Shown piece by piece: positions 54,017 through 62,919 of a stretch of 64,000 nt of DNA; the stretch's first letter is position 1; each line of letters opens with the position of its first letter. The notes beneath the pieces were generated by a model, which saw only the letters and a program-made list of their open reading frames with translations, had not been told where the DNA came from and made no database searches. Both the position numbers and the translations under genes were made by a program. Location of the stretch: positions 32,001-96,000 of the forward strand of contig JBBRRY010000001.1 in NCBI GenBank assembly GCA_038245905.1, read 5' to 3'. This DNA comes from Thermoanaerobaculia bacterium. GTDB lineage: Bacteria; Acidobacteriota; Thermoanaerobaculia; UBA5066.

Positions 54017-55237
54017 TCACCCCTTCGGCATTGGTGCGACGGGCGAGCCCGTTCGGGCCTCCTTCGGCCAGACGAGATCGATCTTACCGTCCGGCTTGTT
54101 CTGCGTCACGACGAAGGGAAGAACTGCCTGGCCCGTCTTCGTGAACCTCAGGACGCCACCGGGCAGGATCGAGTCTTTGAGCTCGATCGCGGCGAGCGCC
54201 GCTCGTATAGCCTCGGGTTTCAGGGAACCGGCCCTCTGGATCGCCGCGAAGAGGGAGCGCGCCGCTTCGTAGGCCGTCGCGTGATACCACTGCGGGGCCG
54301 AGCCCGCCGCGGCCTTCCACTTCGCCGAGAAAGCCTTCACCTGCGGATAGGGGAGGAGGTCCGACCACCAGCCGCTCGCGAAGATGTAGTCCGTGGCGGC
54401 GCCGAGGCCCTTGCGGCCCGCTTCGTCCGCGCCGCGGGCGCCATACGTGAGCATCTGATGATAGAGGCCCATCTGAGTGTACGTGCGCTGCATCGAGATG
54501 AAGTCCTCGAGATGGGCGTCGCACATGAAGAGGTCGGCCTTCGCGGCGGCGACGCGTCCGAGGAGCGGCTTGAAGTCGGCCGCATAGAGCTCGAAGCTCT
54601 CGTCGAGGACGACGGAATAGCCCGGATGCGCCTTCACGTAGTCCTTCACGCCTTTCTGAAAGTCCTTTCCGTGCTCCGTGTTCTCGACGAGGAGGGCGAT
54701 CGTGAGCGGCTTCTTGAGCTTTCCCTGGGCGACGAGGTCCGAGAGAAAATCCATCTGCGTCGTCGCGAGGTTCTCGACGGGCGAAAGAACGCCGAACACC
54801 CACTTGCTGCGTCCGTAGATGCTCGTCGCCCCCGCGCCGCCGGACACGTATGGGATGCCGTAACGGTCGGGGACGACGCTCTGCGCCTGCACGAGCTGGG
54901 ATCCGTATCCGCCGATCACGGCATGGACCTTCTGCTGCGCCATGAGTTGCTCCACGAGCTGGGCGCTGCGTGAAGCGTCCGAGGTGTCGTCGAGGAGCGA
55001 GAGCTCGATCTTCATCTTCTTCCCGCCCACGTCGAGACCACCCGCCTCGTTGACTTCCTTGACGGCGTACTCGGTCGCCGCCTTGAAGGCGCCGCCGATC
55101 TTGGATTCCTTTCCGGTCACGGGCAGGACCGCTCCGATCCGGATCGTGTCCTCCGCGGCCGACACCCACAGGGGGAAAGCCGAGAGGAGCGCGGCGGCGA
55201 GGAAGGCGAGACGGGGGCGGGGCTGCTGCGACGTCAT
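54017..55237 (-). CDS. LivK-type (periplasmic binding protein type 1) substrate-binding protein
   Basis: Signal peptide; IRIGAVLPVTG, EVNEAGG, DDTSD; GGAGG RBS. Confidence 0.9.
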   Translation of the reverse strand: MTSQQPRPRLAFLAAALLSAFPLWVSAAEDTIRIGAVLPVTGKESKIGGAFKAATEYAVKEVNEAGGLDVGGKKMKIELSLLDDTSDASRSAQLVEQLMAQQKVHAVIGGYGSQLVQAQSVVPDRYGIPYVSGGAGATSIYGRSKWVFGVLSPVENLATTQMDFLSDLVAQGKLKKPLTIALLVENTEHGKDFQKGVKDYVKAHPGYSVVLDESFELYAADFKPLLGRVAAAKADLFMCDAHLEDFISMQRTYTQMGLYHQMLTYGARGADEAGRKGLGAATDYIFASGWWSDLLPYPQVKAFSAKWKAAAGSAPQWYHATAYEAARSLFAAIQRAGSLKPEAIRAALAAIELKDSILPGGVLRFTKTGQAVLPFVVTQNKPDGKIDLVWPKEARTGSPVAPMPKG

Positions 55238-55255
55238 CTTGACCTCCGAACGGAA

Positions 55256-55278
55256 CCGCCCCTCGGGAAGAGGGGCGG
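55256..55278 (-). terminator. GC hairpin between the porin and the binding-protein gene (terminator or stabiliser)
   Basis: 9-bp stem CCGCCCCTC/GAGGGGCGG, followed on the minus strand by TTCCGTTC and the RBS. Confidence 0.35.
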
Positions 55279-55324
55279 GGCTTCGTACAGCGGGCTTTGA
55301 ACGCGGGCGGCCGTTGGCCGGGAA

Positions 55325-56479
55325 TCAGAAGTAGTAGGCCTGCATCTGGAACGTGAACTGGTTCGTCGCGTACCCCGTCTTGAGGTTCACGCGCTGCCAC
55401 CAGAACTTGAGATTGAAGTTGTGGGGGTTCTTCGGGTACGGGTAGAGGTTGAGACCGACCGCGTACCGGTTCTCGTTCTTGGACTCGTTGACGGCGTCCG
55501 TGAACGTCTTCTGCTCGTATCTCACGATCGGGGCGATCTTGAGGGCCTTCAGGAAGACGCCCGCCTCGATCTGGAACGTGTTTTCCTGGGGGAGGGCGGT
55601 CAGCAGCGTGCCGCCGTTCGCGTATTGGTACTGGACCGTGGACTCGAAGGCGCCGAGGTCGATCGGGAAGGCCATGTAAAGATCGGCCGATCCGAACCGG
55701 TAGTCGCCCTGCGTATCGTACGCGGCCCCGAGCGCGAGGATCTTCTTCGTCCCGAGGTACGAGCCGCCGTAAGAAGGCATGTTGTAGACCTCGGTGTCGA
55801 AGAAGTTCCACTGGAGGCGGTTCACGAACCGCGGGGAATTCTTGACGCCCGGCTGGCGGAATCCGCCGAAGATCGCGGAGCGGTACTCGAGGCGGTCGCA
55901 GAAAAAGTACCCGCGGAACATGAAGCCCGTGTCGCGGCCCGCGTTGTTCTGGAGCGGGGTGCTCGCGAGGAAGGTGTACGCGGAGAGGTCGAGCATGAAC
56001 TCCGTCGTGCTGCTCTTGAGGCCCTCGCGGCTCACGGGCGCCCTCACCTCGCCGAACTGGATGTTGAACTCCTTCGCGATGCGCCATTCGGCGGTGGCGT
56101 CGAGGAGGGTGAATCCGGTCCCCGGAGACTTGACACCCGAGGTGCTTCCCACCGCCTGCGTGGCCTTGCCGAGACTCGAGTTGTCGGTCTCGGCGAAGAA
56201 GTAGACATTCTTCGCGACCTGGCCGGCGAAAAGGAAGCGGACGCGGCGGACGAGGAGATTTTGCTGGAAGCCCCCCGTCGCGTCCTTCGTCGCGTTCGCG
56301 ACTTCCTGGAAGTCGGCCTGGGGCTGGATCAGGAATCCGAACTTCAGGTTGATCGAGTCGTTGACCTTGATGAGAGCCTGGGCTTCGCTCGTCCCGGCGC
56401 GGCCGAACGCGAGCAGGAGCGTGGCGGCGATGAGGACTCGGGCGGTCGTCCGCAGGGCGCGGTGCGCGGCAATCGGCAT
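55325..56479 (-). CDS. outer-membrane porin (OprO/P-like beta-barrel)
   Basis: Signal peptide; VRRVRF..GQ, LLDA, GRDTG; alternating beta-strands; C-terminal aromatic motif QAYYF. Confidence 0.8.
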   Translation of the reverse strand: MPIAAHRALRTTARVLIAATLLLAFGRAGTSEAQALIKVNDSINLKFGFLIQPQADFQEVANATKDATGGFQQNLLVRRVRFLFAGQVAKNVYFFAETDNSSLGKATQAVGSTSGVKSPGTGFTLLDATAEWRIAKEFNIQFGEVRAPVSREGLKSSTTEFMLDLSAYTFLASTPLQNNAGRDTGFMFRGYFFCDRLEYRSAIFGGFRQPGVKNSPRFVNRLQWNFFDTEVYNMPSYGGSYLGTKKILALGAAYDTQGDYRFGSADLYMAFPIDLGAFESTVQYQYANGGTLLTALPQENTFQIEAGVFLKALKIAPIVRYEQKTFTDAVNESKNENRYAVGLNLYPYPKNPHNFNLKFWWQRVNLKTGYATNQFTFQMQAYYF

Positions 56480-56580
56480 GAGAGCATCTCTCCTCTTCGG
56501 CCGGACGTTTCGGATGACCCAAGAATAATCGAACGACAGGGGGAGTTCAATCGCTGATGCGCCTGAATCATTTGAGACGT

Positions 56581-57741
56581 TTACGCGCAGAGAACGAGGT
56601 CTGCCAGGAGCCCCAATCCGAACGCGAGGAGACAGGCCGCGACGACCCCCGGCCATCCGAAGGCCTGCCAGGCATATCCGGGCAAAACCGAGCCAAACGT
56701 CGCTCCGACGTAGTAGAAGGTCGTATAGAGGGCTCCCGCGCCACCCTTCGCCTCCCGGGCCGTGGCGTTCACGAAGGCCGGGGCCGTGCCTTGGACGAAG
56801 AACATCCCGACGCAGAGAACGACGAGGGAGAGAATCACGACCGGGAGGACGGGAACGAGGCTCAGGACTACGGCTGCCGCCGCGATCAGGAACCCCGTCG
56901 CCATGAGCGCGCGGCGGCCGAAGCGCCCCGAGAGGTTCCCGACGATGATGGACGTCAGGACCCCGGCGCCATATACGAGATAGATCGCGGAGATCGAGCC
57001 CGTCGAGAGGCCGAATGGAGCCGCGGCGAGGTAGTAGGGGAGGTACGTGAAGATCCCGATGAACCCGAAGAACACCGAACCACCGATGAGGAATCCGCCT
57101 ACCAGCCGCCGGTCACGGAAGTGGCCCAGCATTTCGCGGTATGCCAAGCCGACCGGGATGCGCCCCCTGCGCACAGAAGGGGGGAGAAAGAGAGCCATTC
57201 CGAGCGCCGCGGCCAGCGTGAAGACCGCGAACACGACGAAGGGCGTTCGCCAGCTGAAATGGCTCGCGATCCAACCGCTTCCCACGCGCCCCGTGAGCCC
57301 GCCCATGACAGATGCCGCAACCCACCCGCCGACGGCGGGCCCCAGCCTCGGCCCGCCGAACTGATCCCCGAGGTAGGCCACGGCCACAGCGGTGACGCCG
57401 GGCACCAGCAGCCCCTGCGCGCCGCGGAGGACGACAAGGAGCGGAAGGTTCGGCGCGCTGGCGCAGAGGAACGTTGGAACGGACAGCAGCGCGCAGCTCC
57501 AGACCATGACCGGCTTGCGTCCGAGGGCGTCCGCAAGGGGGCCCCAGGCGTTCGAGATGAGGGCGATCATGAGGACGACCACCGAGAGCGTGAGCGCGGC
57601 TGTCGGTGCGGACACTCCAAACTCGCGGGAGAGAAGCGGCAGGATCGGCTGCGTGACGTAGACGTCCGCGAAGACCGCGACCGTCGCGAAAAAAAGGGGG
57701 AAGAGCGCCCGCCGGTCGCCGTGGAGTGAGGGCCCGGTCAT
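56581..57741 (-). CDS. MFS transporter (YnfM-like)
   Basis: YVTQPILP, GPLADALGRKPVM, RGAQG, 12 TM, LYTTFYYVG. Confidence 0.9.
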   Translation of the reverse strand: MTGPSLHGDRRALFPLFFATVAVFADVYVTQPILPLLSREFGVSAPTAALTLSVVVLMIALISNAWGPLADALGRKPVMVWSCALLSVPTFLCASAPNLPLLVVLRGAQGLLVPGVTAVAVAYLGDQFGGPRLGPAVGGWVAASVMGGLTGRVGSGWIASHFSWRTPFVVFAVFTLAAALGMALFLPPSVRRGRIPVGLAYREMLGHFRDRRLVGGFLIGGSVFFGFIGIFTYLPYYLAAAPFGLSTGSISAIYLVYGAGVLTSIIVGNLSGRFGRRALMATGFLIAAAAVVLSLVPVLPVVILSLVVLCVGMFFVQGTAPAFVNATAREAKGGAGALYTTFYYVGATFGSVLPGYAWQAFGWPGVVAACLLAFGLGLLADLVLCA

Positions 57742-57748
57742 CGGTTTG

Positions 57749-59311
57749 TCAGAGCCCGAGGTACGCTTTTCGGATGTTGGCGTCGTCCAGGAGCTCGGCG
57801 GCGGGGCCGGTCTGGACGATCCGACCGGTCTCGAGCACGTAGCCGCGGTGCGCGTGCTCGAGGGCGACCTGAACGTCCTGCTCCACGAGGAGGACCGTCG
57901 TGCCCTTCTCGTTGATCTGCGAGATGAGGTCGAGGAGGTTGTCGACGACCAGCGGGGCGAGGCCGAGTGAGAGCTCATCGATGAGGAGAAGTCTCGGGCG
58001 GCTCATGAGCCCGCGCCCGATCGCGCACATCTGCTGCTCCCCGCCCGAGAGGCGGCCCGCGAGCTGGCCGGAGCGCTCCTTGAGGCGCGGGAGGAGGCCG
58101 TAGACCCAGTCGAGGTCTTCCTCGATCCCGGCACGGTCCCTCCTCAGGAACGCCCCCTGCCGGAGGTTCTCCTCAACGGTCAGGCCCGAGAAGAGGCGCC
58201 GTCCCTGCGGGACGTGGACGACTCCCGCGCCCACGATCTCGTCGGGCGGGGCGGACGTGATGTCGCGGCCGCCAAACGTGATGGAGCCAGCCGTGGGCTT
58301 GAGGAGCTGCGAGATCGTGTAGAGAAGCGTCGTCTTGCCGGCGCCGTTCGCGCCGATGAGGGCGACGATCTCCTTCTCCCTCACGGTGAGGGAGACGTCG
58401 CGGAGGATCTGAACCTCGCAGTAGCCCGAAGAGAGGCCCTTCACGTCGAGGAGGGCGTCCCCCGCCGCGGCCGGAGGTGTTTTTCGGAACTCGCGTGAGG
58501 GGACGAATGGGGCGCCCTCGTCGGCCGCGGCGCGTGCACGCTGCGCGAACCGTTCGCCGAGGTAAGCCTCGATGACGGCGGGGCTCTCGACGATCTCTCT
58601 CGGGTCCCCCTCGGCGATCTTTCTCCCGTAGTGGAGGACGACGAGGCGGTCCGAGATTCCCATGATCGCCTTCATGACGTGCTCGATCACGAAGATCGTG
58701 ACGCCGCTCCGGTTGATCGACTGGATGAGCTCCATCGCCTTCTCGATCTCGGACGAGTTGAGGCCTGCCATGACCTCGTCGAGGAAGAGGAGCTTCGGGT
58801 CCATCGCGAGGGCCTTCGCGAGCTCGAGGCGCTTGAGATCGGGAATCGTGAGCTCGGTCGCCGTCCGGTCCCGCTTGTCGGCGAGGGCGACGCGGTCGAG
58901 GACCTCGTCCGCGTACGCGCGGGCCTGCGCGGCGGTGCGCTCGTGGCCGCGGGCGCCGAACATCGCCCCGGTCGCGACGTTCTCGCGGACCGTGAGCTGC
59001 CGGAGGGGCTTGACGACCTGGAAGGTCCGCGCCATCCCGAGGTGGCCGATGCGGAAGCTCGGCGTCTTCGTGATGTCCTGCCCGTCGAAGAGGATCGTCC
59101 CGGACGTCGGCTTGTCGAGTCCGGTCATGCAGTTCACGAACGTCGTCTTGCCCGCGCCGTTCGGCCCGAGGACGCCGAGGATCTCGCCGCGGCGGATCGC
59201 GAGGTCCACGCCGTCCACGGCCGCGAGGCCGCCGAATTTCTTCGTGATGCCGGTGGCGACGAGGATGGGCTCGTGCGAGAGGCGCGGCTGGACCACGGGG
59301 ACGGCGCTCAT
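57749..59311 (-). CDS. fused LivG-LivF double ABC ATPase
   Basis: Two NBDs in one frame: GPNGAGKTT..LDEVMAGLN..AYLG, linker, GANGAGKTT..LSGGEQQM..IDELSLGLAP..AYLG. Confidence 0.88.
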   Translation of the reverse strand: MSAVPVVQPRLSHEPILVATGITKKFGGLAAVDGVDLAIRRGEILGVLGPNGAGKTTFVNCMTGLDKPTSGTILFDGQDITKTPSFRIGHLGMARTFQVVKPLRQLTVRENVATGAMFGARGHERTAAQARAYADEVLDRVALADKRDRTATELTIPDLKRLELAKALAMDPKLLFLDEVMAGLNSSEIEKAMELIQSINRSGVTIFVIEHVMKAIMGISDRLVVLHYGRKIAEGDPREIVESPAVIEAYLGERFAQRARAAADEGAPFVPSREFRKTPPAAAGDALLDVKGLSSGYCEVQILRDVSLTVREKEIVALIGANGAGKTTLLYTISQLLKPTAGSITFGGRDITSAPPDEIVGAGVVHVPQGRRLFSGLTVEENLRQGAFLRRDRAGIEEDLDWVYGLLPRLKERSGQLAGRLSGGEQQMCAIGRGLMSRPRLLLIDELSLGLAPLVVDNLLDLISQINEKGTTVLLVEQDVQVALEHAHRGYVLETGRIVQTGPAAELLDDANIRKAYLGL

Positions 59312-60285
59312 CACGTCACGCGGTGAGCGCGGACGTTTGCAAGGAGGTCGGAGCACCGGAAGGGCCGCTCGCCCTTGGCGCGCTTCCGTCCGAGGACCGT
59401 CATGAGTCCGCGCGGCAGGAACACGATGAAGAACACGATCACGAGGCCGAGGACCGTCGGGTGCAGCTCGATGAACTTGCCCCAGATGTACGTCGAGAGG
59501 AGCTGGTAGACGGCGGCCCCGAGGACCGGGCCGACCACCGTCCCGACGCCGCCGATGATCGTCGCGATGATCATCTGGAGCGTGTAGTCGATCCTGAAGA
59601 AGTCGCCGGGCGTCACGTGGACGTTCTGGTAGGCCGTGATGCCGCCCGCCACCGCCGCGAACACGGCGGAGATGGCGTACGCGGCGACCTTGAAGAGCGT
59701 CGTATTGACGCCAAGCATCCGGGCCGCGTCCTGGTCCTCGCGGATCGCGACGCAGCCGTACCCCAGCTTCGACCGCGCGAACGCCCACGTCGCGAGGAGG
59801 CCCAGGATCACGAAACCCACGGCCGTGTAGTAGAAGAACTCGCCGTCGCTCCGGATCGGGAGGTCGATGCCCGTGGAGCCTTCCGTCACGCTGTCCCAGT
59901 TGTCCGCCACCTGGGCGAGCGCTTCGGCGACGCCGAGCGTCGCGATCGCGAAGTAGTGGCCCTTGAGGCGCAGGATCGGCAGGCCGAGGAGGATCGCGAC
60001 GCACGCCGCCAGGAGCGCGCCGGTCCCGAGCGCAGCGAAGAACGGCACGTGCCACTTGCCGAGCATGAGAAGGCCCGTCGTGTATGCGCCGATCCCGAAG
60101 TACGCGACGTTTCCGAACGCCGCGTAGCCCGTGTAGCCGCCGATGAAGTTCCAGCCCTGCGCTGTGAGAGCGAGGAGGAGAAAGCGCGTGTACGTCAGGA
60201 GCTTGTAGCTCGAGACGAATCTCGGGAGCGCGAGGAGGAGGGCGAGGGCGAGGAGCGTCCCAAGGACGGCGAGGCCCTTCTTCAA
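59311..60285 (-). CDS. livM: branched-chain amino acid-type ABC permease
   Basis: WNFIGGYTGY, RLKGHYFAIAT, AIRED, IIGGVGTVVGP. Confidence 0.9.
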   Translation of the reverse strand: MKKGLAVLGTLLALALLLALPRFVSSYKLLTYTRFLLLALTAQGWNFIGGYTGYAAFGNVAYFGIGAYTTGLLMLGKWHVPFFAALGTGALLAACVAILLGLPILRLKGHYFAIATLGVAEALAQVADNWDSVTEGSTGIDLPIRSDGEFFYYTAVGFVILGLLATWAFARSKLGYGCVAIREDQDAARMLGVNTTLFKVAAYAISAVFAAVAGGITAYQNVHVTPGDFFRIDYTLQMIIATIIGGVGTVVGPVLGAAVYQLLSTYIWGKFIELHPTVLGLVIVFFIVFLPRGLMTVLGRKRAKGERPFRCSDLLANVRAHRVT

Positions 60286-61148
60286 GCCGACTTCCCGGCG
60301 ATGCCCTGCGGGCGGAGGATCAGCAGGAGAACGAGGATGGCGAACGTGACGGCGCGGGACAGCGACGGCAGCCGCGCGCCGACGAAGACGTCGACGAACG
60401 CGTAGATGGCGGCGCCGATCACGACGTTCGCGACGTTGCCGAGGCCGCCGAGAACGCAGATCGCGAAGGCGCGCTGCGTGTACATGCCGCCGAGGTTCGG
60501 GTCGAACGGGACGATCATCGAGAGGAGCGAGCCGGCCGCGCCGGCCATGCCCGCACCGATCGCGAACGTCGACGCGTACACGACGGCGACCTTGACGCCC
60601 GTGAGGCGCGCCGCGTCGAGGTCCATGCCCGTCGCGCGGATGGCCCGGCCGGTGCGCGTGCTCTTCAGGTACCAGGCGAGCGCCGCGACGAGGACGAGCG
60701 AGACTCCGAGCGCGCCGAGCCGGATATACGGGATCCGGACGCTCCCGAGCGTCAACCCGGTGCCGCTGTACGGCGTGGTGACGGAGCGCAGGTCGGCCTT
60801 GAAGAAGAAATTGATGAGGTTGACGATGAGGAGCTCGAGACCGAAGGTCAGGAGAAACGTCGCGAGGAGCGGCGCCTTGATGATCTGGTTGATCAGCCCG
60901 CGCTGGATTCCCCAGCCGAGCGTGAAGAGGACGAGCATGGACAGCGGGATCGAAAGGAACGGGTCGACGTGCAGGAGCTCGTGCAGGAAGAACGTGATGT
61001 ACGCGCCGAGGACGATGAACGCCCCGTGCGCGAGGTTCACGATGTTCATGATCCCCCACACGAGCGAAAACCCAAGCGCGACGAGCGCGAGGATTCCGCT
61101 CAGGAGGACCGCGTTGACGAAGATCTGTCCGAGCTCGCCGAGGCTCAC
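60282..61148 (-). CDS. livH: branched-chain amino acid-type ABC permease
   Basis: GFSLVWGIMNIVNLAHG, GRAIRAT, VLGGLG, RPQG. Confidence 0.9.
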   Translation of the reverse strand: MSLGELGQIFVNAVLLSGILALVALGFSLVWGIMNIVNLAHGAFIVLGAYITFFLHELLHVDPFLSIPLSMLVLFTLGWGIQRGLINQIIKAPLLATFLLTFGLELLIVNLINFFFKADLRSVTTPYSGTGLTLGSVRIPYIRLGALGVSLVLVAALAWYLKSTRTGRAIRATGMDLDAARLTGVKVAVVYASTFAIGAGMAGAAGSLLSMIVPFDPNLGGMYTQRAFAICVLGGLGNVANVVIGAAIYAFVDVFVGARLPSLSRAVTFAILVLLLILRPQGIAGKSA

Positions 61149-62365
61149 TTCCGCTTGTCCCAGGGCACCATCGGGTAGAGCGCTTCCTTCTCGGCCACGT
61201 TCGCGGGGAAGACGGTGTACTTCCTCCCGTCCGGCTGGAGCTGCTCGATCGCCATCGGCTTGTAGATGTTGATCCCGCGGGAGTCGAACTTGATCTGCCC
61301 GTAGAACGTCATGATGTCGAGCGCCGCGATGGCGTCGCGGACGTTCGACGGGTCGAGCGAGTTCGCCTTCTCGATGGCGCGCCAGAACGCGATGACGGCG
61401 GCCGAGGACTCGGCGACCTGGTAGGGGATGACGGAGTACTTCGGGTTCTTCGCCCGGAACGCGTCGCCATAGGCTTTCGGCGTCTTCCACGGGTCGTCGC
61501 CGTTGTACTTGAGCGCTTCCGTCCACTGCGTCGCACCGAAGATGTAGTCCGCGTTGCTCTTCAGGTTCTCGCGGAACTCCGGCGACGAGGGTCCGACCGA
61601 AAAGCCCATCGCCTTGGGCGAGACGCCGAGGTCCTTGGCCTGCTTGACGATGAGGAGCGCGTCCTGCAGGTGGCCGGCCCCGAGGACGATGTCGGGGTTC
61701 TTCGCCTTGATGTTCGTCAGGAGCGCGCTCACGTCCTGCGTGCCGGTCGGATACAGCTCCTGGTAGACGACCGTGAGGCCCTTCTCCTTCGCGTAATCGG
61801 CGCCGCCGGAGGCCACTTCCTTGGAGAACGGCTCGTTCTCGCCGAGGACCGCCACGGTCTTCGCGGTCTTGTCCCTCGCGATCACGAGGTCGATGAGGCC
61901 CTTGAGGTAGAGCTTCGCGGGGGAGAGGACGGCGAACGTGTACTTGTAGCCCTTGTTGAAGATCGACTCGGCCGAGCCGTTCGCCTCGATCATCGGGATC
62001 TTGTACTTCTCGCAGATCGGGGCGGCCGTGCCCGAGGGGGCGGAGCCATACGGGCCGAGGATGAACGTGACCTTGTCCTCGTTGATGAGCTTCTCGATGA
62101 GCTGGGCCGTCCGCTCGGACTTCGACTCGTCGTCGTAGTACTTGACGCTGACCTTGTACTTCTTCCCGCCGACCGTGATTCCGCCGATTTCGTTGAGCTT
62201 GTCGACGAAGAAGTTGTAGCCGTCCCGGGTGTACTCGCCTTCCTTGGCGGTCTTGCCGGTCAGCGAGACGGCGGCGCCGAAGACGATCGTGTCCTCGGCA
62301 GGAGCGGGCAGAGCGGAGACGAGAAGCAGGAATGCGAGCAGCGGGACCAGCGCGGTACGCTCCAT
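61145..62365 (-). CDS. LivK-type substrate-binding protein
   Basis: Signal peptide; FGAAVSLTG, YYDDES, LGPYGS; AGGAGG RBS. Confidence 0.9.
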   Translation of the reverse strand: MERTALVPLLAFLLLVSALPAPAEDTIVFGAAVSLTGKTAKEGEYTRDGYNFFVDKLNEIGGITVGGKKYKVSVKYYDDESKSERTAQLIEKLINEDKVTFILGPYGSAPSGTAAPICEKYKIPMIEANGSAESIFNKGYKYTFAVLSPAKLYLKGLIDLVIARDKTAKTVAVLGENEPFSKEVASGGADYAKEKGLTVVYQELYPTGTQDVSALLTNIKAKNPDIVLGAGHLQDALLIVKQAKDLGVSPKAMGFSVGPSSPEFRENLKSNADYIFGATQWTEALKYNGDDPWKTPKAYGDAFRAKNPKYSVIPYQVAESSAAVIAFWRAIEKANSLDPSNVRDAIAALDIMTFYGQIKFDSRGINIYKPMAIEQLQPDGRKYTVFPANVAEKEALYPMVPWDKRK

Positions 62366-62445
62366 CGAGAGCCTCCTGTGACCGGGTCGGGTAATTTGTG
62401 CGGGAACTATACCCGAGGGATCAATGCGCGGGGAGGGGGAAGAGA

Positions 62446-62901
62446 GTGGCCGTGGCCGATGTCCAGCGCTTCGTCGGGGTGTGGGATCTTGAGGGAATTG
62501 AAGACGAAGATTTCTTTGAAGGTACGAGGGGAAGGGTGCCGGCTGTCGGCCTTGAGCGGCCTGTGGGGCTCCTCATCTACCTCGCTTCGGGCGAGATGTC
62601 GGTGAACTTTGCCGGGTCCTCCCGCATTCACTTTCTAAGAGAATTCTTCCCGTCCCCCTCCGAGCTCGCGGCGGCCGGCGCCGCGTACGGCGGGTATGCG
62701 GGGCGGTGGGAGCTGGACGAGGCGCGCCACGAGGTGCTGCATCACGCGGAGGTCGCCTTCATCCCGAATCGCGTCGGCCGGACGATCCGCCGCTCTTACT
62801 CATTCGCAGAAGAATCTTCTCTTCTCTCTCTTCGTCCCATCGCGCTCTCGCCGCACGAGAAGGCGCCAGAACGGACCCTGAAGTGGAGACGGCGGACCTG
62901 A
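62446..62901 (+). CDS. lipocalin-like domain protein
   Basis: FVGVWDL, GLLIY..GEMSV, YGGYAGRW, HHAEVAFIPNRVG, LKWRR; GGAGG RBS. Confidence 0.8.
   Translation: MAVADVQRFVGVWDLEGIEDEDFFEGTRGRVPAVGLERPVGLLIYLASGEMSVNFAGSSRIHFLREFFPSPSELAAAGAAYGGYAGRWELDEARHEVLHHAEVAFIPNRVGRTIRRSYSFAEESSLLSLRPIALSPHEKAPERTLKWRRRT
62506..62833. repeat. dispersed motif, cluster 7: + copy 62506-62536; - copies 62631-62651 and 62793-62833 (degenerate)
   Basis: GAAGATTTCTTTGAAGGTACGAGGGG (18 nt identical to 43353-43370); rc GAAGAATTCTCTTAGAAAG; rc GAGAAGATTCTTCTGCGAATGAGTAAGAG. Confidence 0.8.
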
Positions 62902-62919
62902 AGAGGGCGCCGCGAGGCG

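Noticed and set aside
62529-62536. GGGAAGGG (KOPS-like GGGNAGGG) in the tail of a motif copy
   Set aside because: KOPS are co-oriented along a replichore, whereas these copies occur in both orientations and the conserved core is the AT-rich part.
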